A stretch of DNA of 64,000 nucleotides, taken from the NCBI GenBank assembly GCA_964019335.1, contig OZ025684.1, positions 1-64,000 of the forward strand, written 5' to 3'. Below the pieces are notes generated by a model. It was not told the DNA's origin and did not search any database. It saw nothing but the letters and a program-made list of their open reading frames with translations. This document shows, in pieces, positions 18,955-29,800 of the stretch; within the stretch, counting starts at the first letter, position 1; each line of letters opens with the position of its first letter. Position numbers and translations under genes: made by a program. This DNA comes from Diplonema japonicum. Its lineage: Eukaryota > Protista > Euglenozoa: Diplonemea.

Positions 18955-21900
18955 TCAGTACGCGGTGACGACGAGGCCTGGGATCTTGAGGACATCCCTT
19001 GATACTGTAACGGGCTCGGGCTTCCTGATCATTCCAAGAATGCTAAGGGTATAGTCTAAGGAGACGATGACTTCTCGGATGCCGTAGTTGAATTCAGGCC
19101 TGCCGCACACGACTACGTGGTTAGACTCGGAGTGTTGCGGAAAGAAGGACTTTACATGGTTGTGCACAACAAGAGGTGCGTGTATGGGCTCGGGTACATC
19201 TTCCGGGTATACAGCGGCCTCCATTTCGTATCCCACCTTTGTGAACAAGTACTGCAGCGAGAACATCTTGTCGTGATTCTTCAAAAGCTGTTCCAGCTCA
19301 TGCGACAGGCCGACTTCTGCAAATGTACCCGCGCACACCAGGAACCAAACTTTCGCCCCATCCGCCAGAGCCGCTCTTGCAAGCGAAAGAAGTGGAACAC
19401 ACCCCGTGCCGCCGCCAATCAGGCACAAATCTTGACCTTTTAAATACTGATGCTCCGACAGCAACAGCCCCCTTCCCTCCACGAAGCTCGATGTGGAAAG
19501 ACTCCCCAGCTCTTTCGCAGAGTGGCTGCCCTCAACAAGACGGATCAAGAACGTCACCTCGTCTCGCTCTTTATCAATCTCCAGAATGCTATACGGGCGC
19601 GACAGCTTTCCATTGAAGCGCAGCGACACATGCGACCCAGGCGGCACGTACTGCTGACCGATACCAAGGATGTGAAACGTGAACTGTGTTGCAGTCGCTG
19701 TTCGTCTGTGTTTCCTGACGAACTTGATCTTCCTGTACTCATCCACAACAAGCGCATCCATCTGCGATGCACTGTCCCTCCCTACTGCAATGCCATCCTT
19801 TGCCATCAGCAGTACCTGCCTTATGGTGGCCATCCATGCATATCGGACCTGTTGGTGTCACATTTGTGAACTATTAGCATACCTGCGGTGTGTACCTGTC
19901 CACCAGCGCCTGTCTGAAGGTTAGATCGAAGGCCTCGCCCATGATATCAAACATGTTTCGCTTGATGCCGTACCTGATGTGTGTCTTGCCTAATTCGTGC
20001 AGAATGTGGGCAACCTCGTGCGACTTTGACAAATCTGTCACTGCCTTGTCGATCGCAGTCATCACCTGCAGACCGTGGTCGTGCAGGCCCTTGCTTTCGT
20101 ACACGTTGCGGTCCCCACCCCAAGGGAAGAGCGCAAGCAGCTCGGGATCGCTCATGAAGATATTTCTGAACAACAACACACCAATTTCCTTCATACCCAC
20201 AGCACGAAGCTCCTTCCACGTATCTCGAACAATGAGCATGTTGCTCTCGTTGGTCGCTAAGTTGTTTGTCTTGAACACGCGCAGAGTCCTCAGGATCTCA
20301 GCAGCATACGTGCTGTGCTCGTGGCCACCCCCCAAACCATGGAAGGCATCTGTGATATCGGTGCCAAAGTGAGGCTTTATGGTCTCGCGCCCCCCAGGGT
20401 GCGAGTGCATGAACGTTGACACGTCATACGCCCACCCCTCCATGTACACCAACTCAGCTGTGGAGCTTCGAGATGCCGCAGTTGTCCGTTTCCAGGCAGC
20501 CTCAAGGTCTTCCTTTGCACCGATCGAATCTTGTGTCTTAATATGTGTTCCGGGCAGGAACTCAGTACGCGTGATTTGCTTCCCCTTTGCCATCACGATG
20601 CGCTTTGCAACTTCGTCGCTAGGGTTGCGCCCCAACACATTCTTCATGAGTGTTACGTCTCCATTCTTTGAGGCCTCATATGCCGCGATGTACCCTGCAT
20701 CGACCCACGTCTTGTCCTCTTGCATCCCGTACAGCAGGTCCCATTTCTCCACCCCCTCTAGGCCTGGCATATACAGCTCATTTACTTCAACGCACGCTTG
20801 TGTGATACCTGCAAAGGGCCACCTGTCAATCGGGCGTAATAATCGTGCCAGAGATGACACGGAGGCCACAAAAGTGCCGGGAACCAAGCAAGGAGCGTTT
20901 AACTGCTCGGCTGCTTCAGCTAAGGCACCTGACAGCTCCACAGGGGAACCAATACACGTAATGAAGTGCTTGTCGTCACCAGTGTGCGTGACACCAAGAA
21001 GCACACCACCACTGGCCATGCCCATATGGATCTTGTAGCTGCCACTGAGCTCCGCAAATACTAGTGCGGCACAGGAAGAGGCTTGGATGGCGTGTTGCTG
21101 GCAGAACCAAACAATTGTGACTGTTGTGGTGGCCACGGAAAGAAGCATCCCGAAGGTGCGCTTAGCTATGTTAGACAGCGAGCGCAACAATGGAGACAAG
21201 AGTTGTGTATTCTGAGTCAATCTCAGCTGGATCACGGTAGCGTTCACGGGTTGCAGCTCTTCAGAAGTCATAAAGCTTTCCAGCGTACTGCGAATGAGCG
21301 AGTCAGACAGTAGCCTGTCGTTGTACATGTCTTTGACGAGAAGCTTAAAGAACGCCGATGACTTGCTGTGCCCGGCACCCCCCGGTGTCGTTGAGAATGG
21401 AATGGACTTCATGGGCGACGGTTGGGAGCTCGATGACCCAGTGTTGGAAGCCTTCTTCTTTGGATTGGCAAGCCCGGTGCCACGATGCGAGATGGCATTT
21501 GGGAGGACACCAGTCAGCGAGACGGTTCCCACACCCTTCAGCACGACAGGGCCTAAGTTGACAAAAGTACAGGCCAACGATTGCGGGGCAGAGATGGATG
21601 AAACGATTTCTTCAGAACAGATAATACACCCCCCCTTGCCTGCGGACTCGATTCGCGCGGCGATATTGACGGTGTGCCCATAATAATCAGACCTGTTGCT
21701 AACAGGGTCCACTTCCACTCCTACAGAGCCAATGTGTACTCCCATGCGCACACGCATCCCACGGAAGATAAGTTGGCCATCCTTCGTTATGGGCGCGCAA
21801 TGGGAATCCAGTAGAATGTCATCCGGCCAGTCAGCGTTCAGAAGAGTTGTCTGCGCTTCCATGCAGAAGTTCAATGCGTTTTCTGCTGATTCAAAAGTGA

Positions 21901-22504
21901 TCATGAACGCGTCGCCTATAGTTTTGACCTCGTACCCGGAGTACTTCTGGTAGCACTGCCGCATCATATTGTTGTGCAGCCTCATAGCAACCTTCATGTC
22001 CTCAGGATGGTCACACCACAAGTTTGAGGACGCTTCAATGTCAGTGAAAACGAAAGTAACCTTGCCCGTTGGCGCAGGGACGGAAGCTCCAAACGTGAGG
22101 ATAGGTGCGGAAGGTATGGAAAGCGAGGACGCAGAGCGTGCTTCAGGGAGTAGATCACTGGGCTCGTCGGCTTCCGGTAGCTCAGGTTCCGGCTTGTAAG
22201 AATCTGCAGTGAGATACCTTCGCTTTAAATTCGCAAATTCTTCGAAGGTATCAAATCTCTGCGGTCTTTTGAATTGTGCTGAAACGCCATGCATGGTGCC
22301 ACTTACCATGTACAAGTCTTTCAGAGGAGCGGAGATGTATACTCTCACCCCTTGTAATATACAAATGGAAAACAACAAAGACACAGCCACCCCCACAGCA
22401 CCTCCGATGGCAGCACCCCCCACGTGCCCTACCCCCGCTGTTGCACCACATGTCAACAAGCATGACAAGAAACAGGACAGAAATCCTGCAAGAGGTACAT
22501 CCAT
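18955..22504 (-). CDS. Two-exon gene (19883-22504 and 18955-19848), 1171 aa: TM, class III adenylate cyclase, degenerate cyclase, cytochrome b5, globin, FAD/NAD(P)H-binding reductase
   Basis: Cyclase: FVFTDIEASS, YEVKTIGDAFM, RVRMGVH, DYYGHTVNIAARIE. b5: YDVSTFMHSHPGG..GTDITDAF..HS. Globin: DPELLALF, HG(E7), LGKTH(F8). Reductase: RPYS, GGGTGCVP, VCG. Splicing restores the globin H helix YTPQ|VRYAW in frame. Confidence 0.88.
19849..19882 (-). other. Predicted 34-nt GT-AG intron
   Basis: CAG|GTATGCTAATAGTTCACAAATGTGACACCAACAG|GTC. It contains the in-frame stop, and removing it joins both ORFs in frame. Confidence 0.85.
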
Positions 22505-22713
22505 TGTAAATCTGTAGTGAACTCAAGCAAAAAAGAAGCAGGGGAGAGAAAAAAGGAGGAGGGAAAGCAAAGAAGATATCGACTTCGGCAGAAAAATAAC
22601 ATGCCTAATGAGTTCGAAAGATCGCAAGTTAGAAAACTGCAAACGATGATGATGTAAAGGAAGGCGTAATGGTATGTACAGCTAGCAATACAGAAGTGCA
22701 AAAAAAAGCAAGA

Positions 22714-24126
22714 TCAAGCTTTACACGAATTCTTGATCACAAAGGGTTCGGCACTGACAGCCTCGCTAATAAAATAATACAAGTTGCCGAACAAAAGGCA
22801 TGAACCGATGCTCAGAGAGACAGCTGAGATCACCGCTTGCTTAGAGTACATGTCGTTATCGATGGTAAAGTAGAGGATTACAGGAAAGATGAAGCTGGTT
22901 GCAGGAGCTAGCACGCCGCCTGAAAATACCATAAGGTGATATAGGTAAGACGATGGCAGGAAAGTGACGAGTACAAAAATCAACATGAACAACACCGGCA
23001 TATACTTTCCAATATCATGGTGGGGGCTAAATGCTGTGACAATACTTGAGATCGCGCTCTTCAGCGCCAAGGCCTCCGTGGGCAGCGTAAGCAATAGCTT
23101 AACCGCCACGAAGCACTTTGAAATGTTCCCTACTTCGTCAGTTACAGAAAACCCCAAGAGAAAGTTTGGCTTCACGCAGTCAGCAAACAGCACCATACCG
23201 AGTGCTCCTACCACCGCACTCATAGATGCTGCCACTGTACCACTAAAGGCCACTCTCCCCCACATCGATGGCTCTCTCATATTGTTTCTAATTAAAAATA
23301 CAATGCTCTGTGATGTCACAGCATGCATAGCCAACCCACCAGATCTGAACAATCTCGTTGCAAGACCTTCTGAAGAACGGCGCAGAAGCACCTGGTCTTG
23401 CCCCCCTCGAATGGAGAGGTGAACCAACAGAATGAGTGTAACACCTGCGCACAGCAGACCCATTGCAGCAAGCCACCCGAACCCTTCTATGTTCGTCGGC
23501 AGCGAAAGTGGCACTGCCAGCATCATGCCAAGCATAGGTGTTATAACACTCCGTTTGAAAAAGTCGCTTTGTGTCCAGTGTTGCACAACAGGAGGTAAGA
23601 TGGAAGCCACAACGAGCATGTCAAGGGTAATAATGGAAATGGAGTGCAGTACCAGAAGGACTGCGGATCCGATCCTTGCGGGTAACCCTAGTGTCCTGTT
23701 TGCCATTTCGGGGAACGTCATGTAGCCTGTTTCCTTGCCGAGGCGGATCATCATGCGGTTGGATGCAACTGATAAGAGGCAAAACACCAAAAGAAAGGCG
23801 CAACCGCATATAGGACCCACCTCGTTGATCATGAATGGAATGCCTACGATACCGGAGCCGAGGGTGGCATTGAGAAGGTGCCCTACGGAAGTCCAATACC
23901 CGCCGCTCCCCATGGGCATGTCCTTGGTGAGGGACTTCAGAGATCTCAATGAGTCCGTCTCGTCCTTGTCTTCTTCGTAGAGTACGGCTACACCGAAGCC
24001 ATGGTCCGACAGCACGCTGCTCCTCCTGTGGTACGCGTCCCCCGTGATGTCTATGTCCTGGTCATGGTCATGTTCGGACCCGTCGTCGTTGCTGTCTTTC
24101 CAATCTTCGTGCAAACAGAACATCAA
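22714..24126 (-). CDS. Amino acid permease, AAAP/SLC38-like
   Basis: HLLNATLGSGIVGIPF motif, about 11 hydrophobic helices, SFIFP near the C-terminus, acidic N-terminal tail. Confidence 0.88.
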   Translation of the reverse strand: MMFCLHEDWKDSNDDGSEHDHDQDIDITGDAYHRRSSVLSDHGFGVAVLYEEDKDETDSLRSLKSLTKDMPMGSGGYWTSVGHLLNATLGSGIVGIPFMINEVGPICGCAFLLVFCLLSVASNRMMIRLGKETGYMTFPEMANRTLGLPARIGSAVLLVLHSISIITLDMLVVASILPPVVQHWTQSDFFKRSVITPMLGMMLAVPLSLPTNIEGFGWLAAMGLLCAGVTLILLVHLSIRGGQDQVLLRRSSEGLATRLFRSGGLAMHAVTSQSIVFLIRNNMREPSMWGRVAFSGTVAASMSAVVGALGMVLFADCVKPNFLLGFSVTDEVGNISKCFVAVKLLLTLPTEALALKSAISSIVTAFSPHHDIGKYMPVLFMLIFVLVTFLPSSYLYHLMVFSGGVLAPATSFIFPVILYFTIDNDMYSKQAVISAVSLSIGSCLLFGNLYYFISEAVSAEPFVIKNSCKA

Positions 24127-25710
24127 ACCTGTAGTGTCATCTTATATAAGATATAAGAAAAGGAAAACAAACAAAAACAAATATGGGGAAGGGGGTGGGA
24201 GGGCATTCTTCGTTCGTTCTTTTTCCCAACTAATGACCCTTGTGCTCCCTTTGGGGGGTGCGATTCTTTAAGTAAAACAAATGCAAACTGTGAGGTTAGT
24301 TCTTTTTTTTTCCACTTTAGCTTTTGCTTGCTCCCCCCCCCCCCCCAATACAACTATCCATACGCACTAAACATACTTTTTGCCTCATTCTGTTTTTGTC
24401 TTTTGTTTTTGTTTTTTTTGTAAACGGAATTAATGAAGAAAAATGAGGAAAAAAGTCCCGATACAAGAATAGCCTGCTTCCTCCCCTTGTTGCCAGAGGG
24501 ACAATGCGGCTAGCCCATCGGGTAGGGACGGAAAGTTACATTACTCTCTTCTTTCTTTCTTCATCCGACGATAACCTTTTATCACATAAAGCATGGCGAA
24601 GCCCACTGTTGCTATGATCATCTAAAAGTCAAGGCGAAAAAAAAACTTTCTTTCGAAGGAAAAATTAAAAGAAAAAAGAAAACCACCCTTTCTTCAACAC
24701 CATATTGTATAAAATCTTCTTATTCAACCGCGCTTATAAAACATTAACACACATTTGCGGTCACCTAAATTTCAGAGATCTACCAATACAGTGTATAGGT
24801 CCTGATTCTTTATTCATGGTCAACCGGCCTACCAATTCAGCTAAAAAAAAAAAGGAACTGAACTGAAACGGGTAACAAAATTCAGTTTCTCCTGACGAAA
24901 AACATTTCCAAAAACGGTATTTGCGGTTTCTTTGTGGTTTCTTTTTTTTTCTTTTTGAGGTGGTAGTGAAAGGAAATAGAAGAGGGGATGGGAGTTTCAA
25001 AAATTGCTCGCTTAGTTCAGACTCGAGGACACCTTGTTTCACGGAGAAGAGTATCCCCACATAAAGAAAAGGATGCTCAAAGGACAGAACTATAAAGAGC
25101 ATTTGTCTTCACGCGCACCGACACAGCCTATCCTGCAGTCATTGCAATTGTTCTTCTTGCTTCAAAACAAAAAGAAGAGATAAGCTAAACGTCTATTCCT
25201 TCACTACAGTGCATAGCCCCAGGAGGGGGCAAAAAAAAAAAGAAGAGAACTGTTAGCTGGTGAGGGGGAGGGGGTGGGTTAAAACGAACGAAATCACACA
25301 CACATCCCCACCATGCTCCAATGACGTTACCTGAGAAAAGGTGACATTTCATTGCACCATTGTTTGCCTACTTCGCCGAAAGCGACCAAATGGGAGCTCA
25401 TTAACGTACATTTTAGAGACACGGAAAGGACGGGGAACAAAGGGAGGCTCGAAGGCCACGGTGCATGCGAGTAATGTCAGTCAGGTGCAGGCTATGACAT
25501 GTACTCAATGGGGGAAACTATAGCGCCACATTTCTCCAAGTGCTCGAGGTGGGGTTTTCAAAAAAACATAAACAAAAAGCAAAAAAAGCCTTCAGATCGT
25601 GTGCTTTTTCTACTTTCCACGAGATTGCACGTTTTGAAGGTATTGAACACACGGGAGCGGTGAGAAATAAAAGCTAAAAAAGAAAAAAAGAAAAGAGTTG
25701 GTTTTGCTAG

Positions 25711-25772
25711 TTTGTTGTGTAGCCGGGATTAACCTGTAGAAGCCCAACAATGCCGCTACCTTTCTTAGCAAA
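25711..25772. repeat. Dispersed 60-75 bp intergenic repeat; second copy at about 50691-50766
   Basis: Shared AGCCGGGATTAACCTGTAGAAG..CCCAACAATGC..TTAGCAA. Confidence 0.75.
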
Positions 25773-26724
25773 TAAAAAATCCGGTGCAACATGAATTCTG
25801 CGTGAGAGCTGCAGGCCCTTGTTAAATTCAAATTAACATGCAAGCTCCCTGAGACGAAAGCCGCATGCCCTAAAGAGGGAAGGGGGTATGGTCAGTACTA
25901 GGTTAAATAAAGGAGTTAGGCACCGAACTAGGTAGCTCTCAGTTTCGGGCATGTCTCCTCCAGGTACTGTCCTCTTCAGGCGAAAGACACCGTTCAACGG
26001 CTCCTACTACTGATCCTGGAGAGTACTGTTCCTGCCACAGGGTGGGGGGGAAAGAATAATTGTACGTGGTAGAAAATGTGTTGCCAACGTTCCCTTTTGT
26101 TTAGACAAGCCGGAGACTCGATCTTGCAAAAAGGAAAAGAGATAAAAAATAAATGAGTGGTGAAACAGAAGGGGACGGGGAAGAAACACCTAATTGCAAA
26201 ATTATTTTTTAAAAAAATGAAGAAGAAGGAAATAAGGCAGTCTTTCTCTTTTTCTTCCCCCTACTTTCTTAGTAACTCCCGACAAGAAAGGCGCCCAAAG
26301 CGCCCAAACGAGGAGGCGGGAAAGGGAAAGGGAGGAAAATAAAGGAGAAAGAACAGAAAGAGAGAGTTGCCCTGTTTTATAACCTTAATCGAGAAAAAAA
26401 AGAGTGATGTTTGAGGACAATTCGTTACTCTGAGTCCGAGTTCCAAAGCTACTTTATGAGGCGTCTTGTCTTGTTGTCATTTTTGCTCTTTTCTTCTTCT
26501 TTATAATTATTTGGAAAGACGGTTCTAAAGGAAATTAGAAAAGTAAAGAGAAAAGATGAAAGGAAGGAAATAAAGAAACTCATGAGGCGGGTGCCTGTGT
26601 AGTATATTTTATGGTTGGTCTGCTGTCGCAAAAGCAAAGCCTAAGGTAGCTTTCTTAAGGGAGAGAGGTATGCACTGAACAAAAGCCAAAACAAAATGGA
26701 TAGGAGGGGGGAGATAAATAGAGT

Positions 26725-28650
26725 CTATAACAAGACCACTGAGGAGCACGGAGAGCCCTGAGGGGTTTCCTCAGATCCCCTACTGATACCGAAAAGGTTG
26801 ATAGTGCTCATCTCAGTGGAGAAGTTGTCCTGCGTGTCCCAAACAGCTGCCTGTGCGTTGTCACGCTGAGAGGTGATGAGGAGGTACACCTCAGAGAACA
26901 GATCTAAAAGAGAGCTGAGGATGAGAACAGCTAGTGTGAAGTGAGCGATGTGCCTAGTGGTATGTACGAACAGGTCGTTAGTGGGGGCTGTGTAATATGC
27001 TACTGACGTCAGGAAGCTGTAAATCACCTGCAAAGCTGTCAGCAGAAATGCCGCAGCCCCGTCCCTGTACCTAGCCCTTGGCCACAGGTACACCTCAAGG
27101 ACAAGGACAACACAAAACATCAGCCCCGATGCCAGTTTCACATGACCACACCCGACAAGAGTGTCCACCTGTACAGCATGAACAGCAGCTTGTGCCATCC
27201 CTCCTGCTAGTTCCACAATACAATACCACGTGAACCCTTCTTTGTACCCCCTCACAATGGATGTGTAGCGCTCTGCTGTGTGTACGTCGGGTGACCGCGA
27301 CACCCACTCGCCCTCCCCAAGCATCACCCTCTCTGCAATGCCTCTATTTATTGAGACGTACAACGCATTGCGCGACACCTCGGTGACTATTCGCAGCAGG
27401 AAATACGGAATCCCAAGAAGTACGCCTGCCCCACAAATGCCCACGAACACCTCCCACACATCTCTGGGGTGCAGCATGAGGGACGTTGACCCGAAGCAGG
27501 CACCTTGGTACAGCATGAAGCACAACATGAGCGGGACAGAAGGGAACCTCACAAGGCCCTGAGGATCGCTTGAGGTGAACAGGGAGCCGAGGAACACCAC
27601 CAACCTGCACAGCATCACAAAGCACACAGCGATCGCTATGTTGAAGACGACAACTGCAATTTCCTCAGAGTCGTGGATACTGAGCTGCGTGGGGTGCAGG
27701 ATGAAGGGGAGCCTTGTGGTGCCATGTAAGTTGCACTGAGAGAGTGCCATGACAGTGGTGCCAGTTGACGATATAGAAGACGCGGACATAGAGAGGGCAC
27801 CTAGTGCAGCACCCAGATCGGCAAGAACTTCAACACCGGAGGGTTTTTCAGGAAGCCCTTTGTCCACTTTATTCTCTTTATCTTTCGCAGAAATCTCAAC
27901 AGTCAGAGAGATACTAGGGGTAGCAGTCGTAGTCATAGTAGCGGTGCGCCTGTCTGGCATGGTTGCGCTTGTAGAGGATGTAGATGTGAATGTGGACGTA
28001 GCGGTTTGTGTTGCAGTGACATCAGCGTCGACAGTGGCTGTTCGTTGCGTTTCGGTCGCAGAGGGTGTCGGGGTTGGCTGGGGCAAGAGCGTGAGTGTGG
28101 CGGTCTCCGTGGGTGTGGGTATGGGGATGATGTCGTAGTCGATGATTACCTCAAGAAGCTCCCACGTGGGGAGCAGCAAGTTGTTGTCCATGTTCAAGCC
28201 CTCGACGACAAGGTCGGAAGAGACGCCATACGTGCATGGCAGCAGAGGAGCGGGGCAGCTGCCAGGGGGGTCTTGCATACATGTTGAAGAGTGGCCACAG
28301 AGTAAGTCATAGTTCTGTTCGCAATGACATCCTAAAATAGGGACAGTGTCACGGCACGACTCCATGAAAGACCCCCCACAGTACTTCACAGTCCAGTCCG
28401 CATCACTTCCAGGTCCCATCGCCAGGTTCCTGGTCACAGTCCCAATGGATATCTTGTTTACCTTCACTGACCCCTGGACGCCTTGTTCAACGGTGAAATC
28501 ACAACTCCCCCCTGCACTGATATCGAGACACGTATGCATCATCATCTTCCCCGCGGCAGTCACCGCAGCACAGGCTACCACCAATGTTCGAAGAAGCATC
28601 CTACCGATCCATATGCATAAATGCCTGTAAAAGCTGGATTCTGTACTCAT
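26725..28650 (-). CDS. Surface membrane protein: signal peptide, Cys-rich domain, Thr-rich stalk, multi-pass TM domain
   Basis: MLLRTLVVACAAVTAAG signal (probable true start, 17 codons into the ORF); PTPTETAT-type stalk; about 7 hydrophobic segments. Confidence 0.75.
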   Translation of the reverse strand: MSTESSFYRHLCIWIGRMLLRTLVVACAAVTAAGKMMMHTCLDISAGGSCDFTVEQGVQGSVKVNKISIGTVTRNLAMGPGSDADWTVKYCGGSFMESCRDTVPILGCHCEQNYDLLCGHSSTCMQDPPGSCPAPLLPCTYGVSSDLVVEGLNMDNNLLLPTWELLEVIIDYDIIPIPTPTETATLTLLPQPTPTPSATETQRTATVDADVTATQTATSTFTSTSSTSATMPDRRTATMTTTATPSISLTVEISAKDKENKVDKGLPEKPSGVEVLADLGAALGALSMSASSISSTGTTVMALSQCNLHGTTRLPFILHPTQLSIHDSEEIAVVVFNIAIAVCFVMLCRLVVFLGSLFTSSDPQGLVRFPSVPLMLCFMLYQGACFGSTSLMLHPRDVWEVFVGICGAGVLLGIPYFLLRIVTEVSRNALYVSINRGIAERVMLGEGEWVSRSPDVHTAERYTSIVRGYKEGFTWYCIVELAGGMAQAAVHAVQVDTLVGCGHVKLASGLMFCVVLVLEVYLWPRARYRDGAAAFLLTALQVIYSFLTSVAYYTAPTNDLFVHTTRHIAHFTLAVLILSSLLDLFSEVYLLITSQRDNAQAAVWDTQDNFSTEMSTINLFGISRGSEETPQGSPCSSVVLL

Positions 28651-29800
28651 TTATGTGTAAGATATTCAGATAAAGACAACAAGAGAGGAAACTAGAGGGG
28701 CAAAAAAAAAGGGGAAACAAGAGGGGAAAGATAACTTTTAAAAAAAAAAGCATCAGAAATTCATTCCTCATTGAAGTATTTCATTCATATCAGCTTAATA
28801 CGAAAGCAAAGAAAAACGGGTTTCCAAATATCTCTTTGCCAGGTAATGAACGACCTCCTTCGGTTCGCTACCTTGCGACGTGATACGTTGCTTCAAGACG
28901 AATCAGATGCTTTAGGGGGGGCGGGGGGATGGATCCTGTATCTTCTTACATGAGAAAGGCGTGTTATTTTCTTCTTTTATTGATGTTCCACAGCCTAAAG
29001 AATTCTCTTGTATGAAAAAAATAAAAAAATAAATATTCGATCCGGTGGGAAAGAAGAAACAAAAAAGGAAAATAAGTAAGAAAAAAGAAATGTGGCGCTA
29101 GGGACGGTTTGAATCAGAAACATGAAAATAGAAAAAACGTGCTGCACTACAGCAGCGTAAAAAAAAAAACAAAAAAAAAGAAGATAGATAAGGTAGCTAG
29201 GGGAACTTTCTTCATTTCTTACGTCAACAATTGTTGCAGTTGTTGAAACGGCTGCAGCTTTTTAAGCTGCACCTCTTTTTTTCTTTCTTTTTTAAATATC
29301 AGGGTGCAATGAAGAAAAGAAAAGAGACAGAACAAAAGAAGCATGCGCGTTCCTTTTCTCCTGATCTGATAATTCCTCCAATCCTCCGTGTTATCTTCAA
29401 CTGCATTCCTTTCAATTATATATTTCTTCTTTTTTTTTTAAATAACTCGTAGAGCAACAATTAATAGTAACTAAATGTGCATTTGAAGTAAGCTATCCAC
29501 TCACAGTATACACGGGAAGTTGTGATTTTTAGTACAAACGAACACCTGAGGATACATTTCACAATAATATAACTACGCCAACTTACTATATTTTAGCGAA
29601 CTTGCTGGGTAAAGTTGCTAACTTTATATTTCGGCATATAAAAAAAAAAAATACAAAAACGAAGCTAGGAATAGCAGACACGAGGAAGACATCAGTATCG
29701 CGATACTGAGATGTGCTGCTTAATTGAGAAAAATCTTTTTTAATATCCTGGTTCCTCAAACAAAGTAACGTAGAACACGGGGAAAAAAAAGTTTAAAGCA

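Noticed and set aside
18955-19833. Stand-alone cytochrome b5 reductase gene
   Set aside because: Its first residues complete the upstream globin H helix after a 34-nt intron, and only 40 bp separate the ORFs.
25840-25960. Hammerhead ribozyme suggested by CTGAGACGAAA
   Set aside because: The core does not fit CUGANGA-stemII-GAAA with closing stems.
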